Source of the DNA: Desulfurococcales archaeon
GTDB taxonomy: Archaea > Thermoproteota > Thermoprotei_A > Sulfolobales > Desulfurococcaceae
DNA: 64,000 bases
Direction of reading: 5' to 3'
Assembly (NCBI GenBank): GCA_027022365.1
Contig: JALVYU010000030.1
Coordinates: forward strand, 1-64,000
The number at the start of each line of letters is the position of its first letter. The stretch's first letter is position 1. A program made the position numbers and the translations under genes. Below, piece by piece: positions 56,761 through 64,000 of this stretch. The notes beneath the pieces were generated by a model. The model saw only the letters and a list, made by a program, of their open reading frames with translations, had not been told where the DNA came from and ran no database searches.

Positions 56761-57824
56761 TGGTTATAGACAAGATAGGTAAGGGAATGGGCTGGCTCGC
56801 CCGAAAGACGAGCGGCTTCGAGCCAAAAGTGATCGAGTGGAAGGATGCTTCGCCAGACGATATCGTCTGGAGATACCCCGACGAAGTCATACCGTGGGGT
56901 AGCGTCGTAATAGTCAAGGAGTGGGAACGCGCAGTGTTCTACCGGGACGGGAAAGTATACGGTGTCCTCGGGCCGGGAAGGCATGTCCTAGACACGCAGA
57001 ACGTGCCGTTCCTGAAGGGCCTAGTCGAAGGCCTCTACGGGCAGAGCATCTTCCGCGCAATAATCATCTATGTCAATATAACACGTAAGCAGGGGAGGTT
57101 CGGCGGACAGAGCCAGACGGTAGAGCTAATACCCGTCAAGTTCCATGGAAGCTACTATTACAGGGTAGACGACCCCGGCTTGTTCGTCAACAAGGTAGTA
57201 GGCCCAGACGATAGGTACACGACCGAGGAGCTCGACGAGTATATCCGCGGATACTTCCTCACAAGACTCATGGCGTTTCTGAGCCAGTCAAGCGTACGCG
57301 ACCTCTACATGAAGGCTGCCGAGGCGGGTAAGAGGGCCTTAATGGCTCTACGACCAGCATTCAGAGAGATAGGCTTGGATCTCGAAGACCTCGTATTCGA
57401 GGGACTCGACGTCCCGCCGGAGTACCGTGAGAGGATGTTCTGGATACTACAAGGAACAGCTGCACAATACCTCGTACAGCAGGAGACCGCCCGGAAGTTC
57501 GCCGAGGCAATAAAAGACACGAAGGCCGGCGGAGCAGTACTTGGTGCAGGAATGGTCGCGATCCCGTGGGCCCTCCAGCCGCCACCGCCAACAGCTTATC
57601 AGCAGCCCCCGGGTCAGCCCCAGCAAGCAGCGCAACAGCCACCAAGCCCTGCAGCCGGAGCAGGCGGGTATACGCCTAGATGCCCGTACTGCGGTAAAGC
57701 TCCTGTCCCTGCGGGCGCGAAGTTCTGTCCATACTGTGGCCACCAATTGAAATGGTGTCCTAACGGCCACGTTGTCCCCGTGGAGGCCAACTTCTGCCCT
57801 ATATGTGGCGCTAAGGTGCAGTAG
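56760..57824 (+). CDS. SPFH-domain protein (YdjI-like) with Gln/Pro linker and double zinc ribbon
   Basis: IEW...IVWRYP...VIVKEWERAVFYRDGK...GPGRH; QQPPGQPQQ linker; CPYC-CPYC-CPNGH-CPIC. Confidence 0.85.
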   Translation: MVIDKIGKGMGWLARKTSGFEPKVIEWKDASPDDIVWRYPDEVIPWGSVVIVKEWERAVFYRDGKVYGVLGPGRHVLDTQNVPFLKGLVEGLYGQSIFRAIIIYVNITRKQGRFGGQSQTVELIPVKFHGSYYYRVDDPGLFVNKVVGPDDRYTTEELDEYIRGYFLTRLMAFLSQSSVRDLYMKAAEAGKRALMALRPAFREIGLDLEDLVFEGLDVPPEYRERMFWILQGTAAQYLVQQETARKFAEAIKDTKAGGAVLGAGMVAIPWALQPPPPTAYQQPPGQPQQAAQQPPSPAAGAGGYTPRCPYCGKAPVPAGAKFCPYCGHQLKWCPNGHVVPVEANFCPICGAKVQ

Positions 57825-57826
57825 TC

Positions 57827-58990
57827 TTGACCGAGGATCAGTCCCTTGTACAGGCCTTCAGATGTAGCCGTTGCGGGGCACCATTGGATGTAACGCCGGA
57901 AACAATCATAGCTGTTTGTAGGTATTGTGGATACCCTAACGTGTTAGTGGATAACCTGCCCGAGGAAGAGATTACAAGTATAAGGGTCGTCCCCAGTCTT
58001 CCTGAGAAAGAAATACTCGAGAAGGCCATGGAGAGGACGAGGAGAGATCCCGATCTCAAAGGCATAGCTGATCAGATAAGATGGAGGAAGCCCTACGGAG
58101 TATACATGCCCTTCTACACGGTCACAGCAAGCCTCGACCTAGAATACTGGATGAAGCTAAGGGTAAGATATGTTGAGAACGTTAGACGTGGAAACAGGTG
58201 GGAGACAAGGACGTATAGCAGGACAATAGATGTATCTGGAAAGGTAAGTCTCCACGACGAGAAAATACCCATCCTAGCGAGAAAGGGCGTCCACGGGTTC
58301 AGTGTCAAGGCGATGGGGCTCCACTACATCAACAAGAACCCAGACACTGTTCCTCTGTCCGGTCTCGACTGGAAGAAATACGGGCTAAACACGCTATCAG
58401 CTGAGTTCTCGAGGAGCGATGCCGAAGATATAGCCCTCGAGATAGGGTTGAACAGGCTGAAAGCCAGGGCTTACGAGGAGGCGGTCTCCAGGGCGAGGGG
58501 CTGGAGAGGCAGGGTCGTGAACGTCAAGGTGTTGGCGAGGCGCTACAACCTAGATATAAAGAAGCTAGAAGTTGAGCCGCTCACACTTGTCCCTTACTGG
58601 AGGCTCACCTATGAGTACCGGGGCGGTATATATCGTTACTATGTGAGCGGCTGGGACGGCGAAGTAGTGATCGCGGAGGAGCCTGTTCTACCGAAGCACA
58701 GGATAGGCTATCTCCTCGCAGGGATAGGTGGGGGAGGATTATCATCGCTCGGAGCAGTCATGGCAGCCACTGCTCAGACACATACCACGGCTTTCCTTGG
58801 AGCAATATTCTTCGTGGGAGGGGTAATCCTATCCTACACGATGGGCCGGAGAATACTGAGCACGGTCAGAGTAGAATCGCCGTACGGAGGCAGTGAGGGG
58901 ATCGAGGAAGAGGTTGAGAAAGTATTCGAGAAAGCAGAGAGCCTATTCGACATGGTTACGGGCGCCCCCATCATAGGAGGTGATGTCTAG
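57827..58990 (+). CDS. Zinc-ribbon membrane protein (YdjG-like), paralog 1
   Basis: CSRCGAPL...CRYCG, YMPFY, LVPYW...Y..YVSGWDG, two C-terminal TM helices. Confidence 0.72.
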   Translation: MTEDQSLVQAFRCSRCGAPLDVTPETIIAVCRYCGYPNVLVDNLPEEEITSIRVVPSLPEKEILEKAMERTRRDPDLKGIADQIRWRKPYGVYMPFYTVTASLDLEYWMKLRVRYVENVRRGNRWETRTYSRTIDVSGKVSLHDEKIPILARKGVHGFSVKAMGLHYINKNPDTVPLSGLDWKKYGLNTLSAEFSRSDAEDIALEIGLNRLKARAYEEAVSRARGWRGRVVNVKVLARRYNLDIKKLEVEPLTLVPYWRLTYEYRGGIYRYYVSGWDGEVVIAEEPVLPKHRIGYLLAGIGGGGLSSLGAVMAATAQTHTTAFLGAIFFVGGVILSYTMGRRILSTVRVESPYGGSEGIEEEVEKVFEKAESLFDMVTGAPIIGGDV

Positions 58991-59919
58991 TGGCTGTCAT
59001 GATGAGGGAGAAAGAAGGAATGGTCGAGATAAGGTGCCCATATTGTGGAGCCGAGTACAGGGTGCCCAGGGGATCAGTTTATGCCACATGCCCCTACTGC
59101 GGGACAACCGTGAAGATAAGCGAGCAGAGAGTCGAGGAGAAACACTATGTGTTCCGCCTAATGATAGACAAGAACAGGGCCTACAAAGACATAGTCGAGT
59201 ATGCTGAACAACAGTGGAACAGTGTCCGCGGACTGGTTGAGAAGGCTTCAATGAATAAGGCGGTTCTCCACTATCTCCCACTATATATTATAAGGATAAA
59301 TATCAGGGTGGAGGCCGAAGAGGGGAGGGAATATAAGAAGTACGTCTCAGCCCTAGCGATGAAACAACCCCCATTCCCCCTACCACCCGACTACGGGTTC
59401 CCCGTGAGGGGTAAGGACACGTTCAAGCCATCAATAATAAAGAATACGAGATACTATATGCCGGATATACCCCCATCACTGATCGTATCGAGGCTTAAGG
59501 CCGAGTACTTGGAAGAGGCCAAGGAGTTTGCCGAAGCGCTTGGCGGCGCAAATATAGTGGATGAGTCAGGCATGGAGGGCGTAGCACATTACCCGTTCTG
59601 GGAGATACACTACAGGTACAAAGACAGGATCTATAGGGGAGTAATAGACGGGGCAGACGGTACAATAGTGTATCTAGAATACCCGCTGAGCACCACAGGC
59701 AGGATAATGACACTATCCGCAGGAACAACGATCCTGCTCGGATGCACCGGGCTCGGAGCAGGGATAGGTGTCCTGGCAGCTCATCCTCTCCTGGGGGTAG
59801 CGGCTGGGCTAATAAGCGGGATCGCCGGAGCCGTGAGATTGTTAACAGCTTCATTCTCCATAATAGGCAGATACAGATATAACCCGGCCGAGGAAGGCTA
59901 CCTAGCCCCTATCCGCTGA
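58990..59919 (+). CDS. Zinc-ribbon membrane protein (YdjG-like), paralog 2
   Basis: CPYCGA...CPYCGT, YLPLY, HYPFW..Y..Y..IDGADG, two C-terminal TM helices. Confidence 0.72.
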   Translation: MAVMMREKEGMVEIRCPYCGAEYRVPRGSVYATCPYCGTTVKISEQRVEEKHYVFRLMIDKNRAYKDIVEYAEQQWNSVRGLVEKASMNKAVLHYLPLYIIRINIRVEAEEGREYKKYVSALAMKQPPFPLPPDYGFPVRGKDTFKPSIIKNTRYYMPDIPPSLIVSRLKAEYLEEAKEFAEALGGANIVDESGMEGVAHYPFWEIHYRYKDRIYRGVIDGADGTIVYLEYPLSTTGRIMTLSAGTTILLGCTGLGAGIGVLAAHPLLGVAAGLISGIAGAVRLLTASFSIIGRYRYNPAEEGYLAPIR

Positions 59920-60006
59920 CACACGTATAAAAACCTCTCAGTTACGTGTTTCTTTTATTAATAGGATCATCCAAAGTAATCATCCAGGCAGGAATGGTGA
60001 ACGGTT

Positions 60007-61371
60007 TTGAAGCCCCGAAAAGCAGTGGTTGTCGGCCTAGATTGTGCTCCTCCCCGGATCCTATACGATGAGCTACGAGACGAGCTACCGGTTCTCGGCA
60101 AGCTTGTGGCCGAGGGCCAAAGATACCTTATGAGGACATGTCATCCCCCAATAACTATACCCGCCTGGATGGTCATGGCCACCGGGAAGCTACCCGGCGA
60201 GCTCGGAATATATGGTTTCAGGCATAGGAGGCTTGGAAGCTACGAGGACATGTACATCGCTAACTCCCGGCTGATCCGTGAGGAACCGATATGGAAAGCC
60301 CTGGGGAGAAAAGGGCTGAACAGCATAGTCGTGGGAGTACCTCCCAGCTACCCGCCCCGCCCGATTAGAGGCTACTTGATAAGCGACTTCATAACACCCG
60401 ATCCCAGTAAGCCCTATACATGGCCCCCAACGCTGAAGAGAGAAATAGAGGCGAGATACGGCCCATATATATTCGACGTCCTGTACAGGACGGAGGACAG
60501 GGACAGGGTCAAGAAAGAACTCTGGGATATGACGACACAGCATTTCCGGGTCCTCGAATACTTGGTCACCCGTAAGAAATGGGATTTCTTATGGTTCGTA
60601 GAGATAGGCACGGATAGAGTACACCACGCTTTCTGGAAGTACTGGGATAAACAACACCCCAAGCACGAGCCAGGGAATAAGTACGAGGAAGTCATACCAG
60701 AATACTATAAGCTGGTCGATAAACTGTTGGGCCCGCTCCTCGAGAAAATACCGCGTGATACTCTAGTATTCATAGTGTCGGATCACGGGGCCAAAGCGAT
60801 GAAGGGAGCATATGCGATAAACCAGTGGTTGATCGAGAACGAGTACTTGGTGCTCAAGAAAAAGCCGGAGAAGCCAGGCGAAGACCTCAAGCCCAACACG
60901 ATAGACTGGGAGAAAACCAGGGTATGGGCATGGGGAGGCTACTACAGCCGGTTCTTCATAAACATCAGGGGGAGAGAGCCCCGCGGAACAGTTGACCCGG
61001 AGGATGTCCCGGGCCTCATAGAGGAGCTGAAGAAAGGCCTCTCAAAACTAGGTGGGCCAGCGGGCAAGAAATGGGATAATAAAGCATATACCCCAGCAGA
61101 AATATATCCGGAGGTAAAGGGTGATCCCCCGGATCTCATGGTGTACCTCGACGACCTCTCCTGGAGACCTGTAGGGACGATCGGTTGGCCTAGTCCGTAT
61201 CTTGAGGAGAACGACAAGGGCCCCGACGACGCAATGCATGACTGGATAGGTGTCTTCACCATATATGATCCTGAGGGAACCATTGAGGCTGGCGATAATG
61301 GCGTGATAAACATTCATGAAATAAGAGGCGTTATCGAGAACATGATCCTGGGAGACAATGCTAGAACCTGA
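60007..61371 (+). CDS. AlkP-superfamily nucleotide pyrophosphatase/phosphodiesterase-like enzyme (COG3379-like)
   Basis: VGLDCA, PPITIPAW (Thr nucleophile), TDRVHH, VSDHG, AMHD; no signal peptide. Confidence 0.85.
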   Translation: MKPRKAVVVGLDCAPPRILYDELRDELPVLGKLVAEGQRYLMRTCHPPITIPAWMVMATGKLPGELGIYGFRHRRLGSYEDMYIANSRLIREEPIWKALGRKGLNSIVVGVPPSYPPRPIRGYLISDFITPDPSKPYTWPPTLKREIEARYGPYIFDVLYRTEDRDRVKKELWDMTTQHFRVLEYLVTRKKWDFLWFVEIGTDRVHHAFWKYWDKQHPKHEPGNKYEEVIPEYYKLVDKLLGPLLEKIPRDTLVFIVSDHGAKAMKGAYAINQWLIENEYLVLKKKPEKPGEDLKPNTIDWEKTRVWAWGGYYSRFFINIRGREPRGTVDPEDVPGLIEELKKGLSKLGGPAGKKWDNKAYTPAEIYPEVKGDPPDLMVYLDDLSWRPVGTIGWPSPYLEENDKGPDDAMHDWIGVFTIYDPEGTIEAGDNGVINIHEIRGVIENMILGDNART

Positions 61372-61657
61372 TACCTATGCTTCTCAGAAGCCTCCTAACC
61401 CTCCTCAACTCCTCCAATACCTCGGCCCCCTTCGGTGTGAGATCGTAGAAAACCCTGTCGTCCTCAATGATCTTCTTTACAAGGCCCTGCTCCTCGAGAT
61501 GCTCCAGCATATTCTTCAGCCTATCATATGGTAGGCGGGCACCGTACATTATTCTCGTCGGGCTTGTCGGGCCCTCCTCAGCTATAGTGTTAAGTATATC
61601 GTAGACTATGCCAGCCTGGCTCCTATACCTGGAGAGAGTCTTCGTCCTCCTCGTCAT
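61361..61657 (-). CDS. Winged-helix transcriptional regulator (HTH_45/DUF4364-like)
   Basis: RSQAGIVYDIL, PTRIMYGARL.Y, LEEQGLV, YDLTPKG motifs; ATGA overlap with the upstream gene. Confidence 0.85.
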   Translation of the reverse strand: MTRRTKTLSRYRSQAGIVYDILNTIAEEGPTSPTRIMYGARLPYDRLKNMLEHLEEQGLVKKIIEDDRVFYDLTPKGAEVLEELRRVRRLLRSIGIRF

Positions 61658-62337
61658 CCCAGCATCACCCTCGCGAGAACTATCAAGAGCGCTATGGGCC
61701 TCAGCACCTCGCCCGCAAGGAACAATAGAGGTGTACCAACAGATTCTCCGGCAAGCCTTAGTATATGACTTGCCAGGAAGACTATGTAAGGCCCTACACT
61801 ACCACCGCCTTTTCTCGCCAATATGATAATGCCTATCAAAAGACCCGCACTAACTAGATCAGAGGCCATGCCGACCATCAGGCCGGGAGCTACTATGAGA
61901 CCGGGGAGTTTCTCTCCGCTCCCCTGCTCAAACCTGACGTATTCGCCCGAAAGTCCCAGCAGGATGACAGCGTAGGATATCGGGAAAAATACACTTGCCA
62001 ACAATACTAGATTCCACGAAACCCCGAACCTGTCGCCTGGCCATGGACTATGACGCCACCCCCCAAGGTGATGCCACTCCATATGCCTTGGCTCCTCCTG
62101 TAGCTGGAGAACAGGATTTACCGGGTAGAGAAGAGCTATTAGCGCGGCAGCGAAACCTAGAACCAGAGCTACACACATTACCGCGTAGCCTATTCCTAGC
62201 CTGAACAACCCCTTGTCCTTGATCTTCCTGGCAATCCCCATTGCTTTAACTGCAATGATTAATGATATTGCAGCACTAATGATCTCTAATAGGGCCAGCA
62301 TAGTGAAGACAGCGTAGTATCCTATATGTCCGTCCAC
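61654..62337 (-). CDS. Polytopic membrane protein with His/Trp-rich loop
   Basis: About 6 TM helices; loop EEPRHMEWHHLGGWRHSPW; GAGG upstream of GTG. Confidence 0.7.
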   Translation of the reverse strand: MDGHIGYYAVFTMLALLEIISAAISLIIAVKAMGIARKIKDKGLFRLGIGYAVMCVALVLGFAAALIALLYPVNPVLQLQEEPRHMEWHHLGGWRHSPWPGDRFGVSWNLVLLASVFFPISYAVILLGLSGEYVRFEQGSGEKLPGLIVAPGLMVGMASDLVSAGLLIGIIILARKGGGSVGPYIVFLASHILRLAGESVGTPLLFLAGEVLRPIALLIVLARVMLG

Positions 62338-62402
62338 GCCTCAACACCATTCTCCTTGATCATTATACTTCCTTATCCCTAATTACTATTGGTTTAAACT
62401 AG

Positions 62403-62424
62403 ACGATTTGTACATACAAATCGT
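62403..62424. promoter_or_regulatory. Perfect inverted repeat (10-2-10), candidate operator
   Basis: ACGATTTGTA-CA-TACAAATCGT in the middle of a 143-bp divergent intergenic region. Confidence 0.75.
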
Positions 62425-62480
62425 GTACACATAGGTTGAAACCATGTTAAAACCTATTCTAAGGAAGGATATTTGCAGAG

Positions 62481-62999
62481 GTGAAGGGCATGAAGGCCGT
62501 ATCAATGCTCGCGGGGATATTGATTGGACTAGCCATAGCGGGAGTAGCTGTTCCAGTAACCTATGGAGTCATAACACATAGTTGGGCGCAGAACACGGCA
62601 CACACAATGAACGGGTGTGAAGACTGTGCATCGCATCACGAATACATGGCTAAGCACTCCGAGTATGTCCATAGCGGTTGCAACGGCAACTGTGATCGTG
62701 ATAGAGATCGAGATTACCTAAGGAATGCTACTGTTGTGACCGGGACTATAGTATCAGTAGACCCGGATAACGGCACTCTAGTACTAGATACTGGTGACAA
62801 GACCATAGACATAATTGTACATGGCAAATGGAGTGACGGTGAAAACGTATTAAACTATAGTGATCTATTATCCAAGCTAACAACGGGAACAACTGCAAAC
62901 ATAACAATCATTATTACCTGTCACGGAGACATACATGCGATCAAGATAATAGTTGATAATCAAGAATACTATATGGTAAGAGGGCATACATACCACTAG
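62481..62999 (+). CDS. Secreted/anchored Cys/His-rich protein with OB-fold-like C-terminal domain
   Basis: Signal/TM helix; HTMNGCEDCASHHEYMAKHSEYVHSGCNGNCDRDRDRD; VTGTIVSVD...LVLDTG beta-barrel pattern. Confidence 0.7.
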   Translation: MKGMKAVSMLAGILIGLAIAGVAVPVTYGVITHSWAQNTAHTMNGCEDCASHHEYMAKHSEYVHSGCNGNCDRDRDRDYLRNATVVTGTIVSVDPDNGTLVLDTGDKTIDIIVHGKWSDGENVLNYSDLLSKLTTGTTANITIIITCHGDIHAIKIIVDNQEYYMVRGHTYH

Positions 63000-63087
63000 A
63001 TATACCTAGGCATTTCCTATATTGTCATGCTTATCAAGAAACTGTTTTTTACAAGAGAAGCCCAGATACACTACCGGTGCAGCTGTT

Positions 63088-63696
63088 TTGAAGAAGAAAT
63101 ACAAGATCATAGCAATGATCATTGTCGTCGGCGTAATTGTAGCTGGCATAGCATACTACTATTTATACCTATCAGGGCCTCCCCTAAAGGATCCCCTGGT
63201 CTGGAGCCTCGTCAAGAACGCGCCAAACACTATCAAGTTCTATAGCCCAGCATTCAAGAACGGGGGCTTCATCCCGAACAAGTATTGTGTCGGGGACGAG
63301 AACAAGAACCCGCCACTAGTTATTGGGGGGATACCGAATAACACCAAGGCCCTCGTCATAGTAATGTATGATCCAGACGCACCACACGGGACATTCTATC
63401 ACTGGATACTATACGACATACCTCCCACAGTACACAAGATACCAGAGGGACTACCGAGATACCCTGTTGTTCCACCATATGGCCTGCAGGGAATCAACAG
63501 CTTCGGCCACGTAGGCTACGATGGCCCAGCTCCTCCCCCTGGGCATCTGCACCACTACTACTTCGTGGTAATGGCGCTGGATCAGCCAATAAACCTTAAT
63601 GAGGGCGAGCCGGTTGAGAAAGTCCTGGATGCCTGTAAAGGCCATGTGATAGCTTACGGGTACTTCTACGGAGTATACGAGATCATGGCTGGTTAG
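63088..63696 (+). CDS. YbhB/YbcL (PEBP/Raf-kinase-inhibitor-like) protein with N-terminal TM anchor
   Basis: SPAF..G..IP, NPPL, YDPDAP, FYHW, YDGPAPPPG, HHYYF..ALD; probable TTG start 63088. Confidence 0.9.
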   Translation: MKKKYKIIAMIIVVGVIVAGIAYYYLYLSGPPLKDPLVWSLVKNAPNTIKFYSPAFKNGGFIPNKYCVGDENKNPPLVIGGIPNNTKALVIVMYDPDAPHGTFYHWILYDIPPTVHKIPEGLPRYPVVPPYGLQGINSFGHVGYDGPAPPPGHLHHYYFVVMALDQPINLNEGEPVEKVLDACKGHVIAYGYFYGVYEIMAG

Positions 63697-64000
63697 CCGC
63701 TTCTCCATAAATCATATAGTTTCTTGAGCTTCTCAACGGGTTCCCTGCCCCAGTCATAATCTATCCTGAGATCGATTATCTTATCATACAGTATGCCGTA
63801 CTCGGTCTGCCCCACCACTAGTAGAGCGGCTGTCTTGTCGCCCCTCCTATCACCGCCCAAGCTGGAGCCGTGCTGGAGAGCTATGAGTAGTGAGCGCGGG
63901 AGACCATGTGTTCCGAGGTTCTCGTCGAATACCCTGCACATAGTCTCCGGTATATCTGGGTCTGCTACGAGGTTTGCGATGCAGACAGAGTATCTCCCGA
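63693..64000 (-). CDS. DUF1028 family (Ntn-hydrolase-like) protein, 3' part only
   Basis: GGDRRGDKTAALLVV...IDLRIDY...PVEKLKKLY; the frame continues beyond the window. Confidence 0.8.
   Translation of the reverse strand, partial: GRYSVCIANLVADPDIPETMCRVFDENLGTHGLPRSLLIALQHGSSLGGDRRGDKTAALLVVGQTEYGILYDKIIDLRIDYDWGREPVEKLKKLYDLWRSG

Noticed and set aside
60007-61371. Classical arylsulfatase
   Set aside because: No C/SxPxR formylglycine motif; the nucleophile position is Thr as in NPP-type enzymes.
1-64000. tRNA, rRNA, CRISPR arrays, IS elements, provirus
   Set aside because: No cloverleaf/T-loop patterns, periodic repeats, transposase, integrase or viral hallmark genes seen by eye; a tRNAscan/Infernal run would be needed to exclude them fully.

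Overview
A 64-kb stretch of core chromosome from a thermophilic archaeon. The gene content (L13e, form III RuBisCO, mre11-rad50-nurA-herA, a PfkB-fba pair, C/D-box sRNAs, GGTGA-type SD sites, frequent TTG/GTG starts) points to Thermoprotei, most likely Desulfurococcales; this placement is inferred. I found no rRNA, tRNA, CRISPR array, transposase or integrase. Main blocks in order: Fe3+/thiamine-class ABC importer; BMP nucleoside ABC importer; Zn-ADH; nucleoside phosphorylase and HD protein; stomatin-NfeD; Vps29-like phosphoesterase; a SocA/DUF4065-like gene heading a COG1149 x2 + NifB/NifX operon; kinase-DUF211 and rpl13e; NatAB-like exporter opposite PadR and a split SdpI-like gene; the DSB-repair operon; cdd, PfkB kinase and fba; a CysK-family enzyme; a three-subunit Mo-hydroxylase; RuBisCO; sat/RHH/cysC/MFS; an SPFH-zinc-ribbon operon; an AlkP-superfamily enzyme; and a divergent membrane-protein/wHTH versus secreted Cys/His-rich protein module. 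The best leads for new biology are: (1) that divergent module, which has a perfect 10-2-10 operator-like palindrome and may be a kinase-free transmembrane metal-sensing system; (2) a PAPS-generating locus with a perfect 24-bp palindromic divergent promoter and an AlkP-fold enzyme as a possible non-canonical sulfotransferase; (3) a PspA-less SPFH/zinc-ribbon membrane operon; (4) unannotated C/D-box and structured ncRNAs; (5) an apparent ATC start codon. All protein calls rest on motif recognition by eye; no database search was run.
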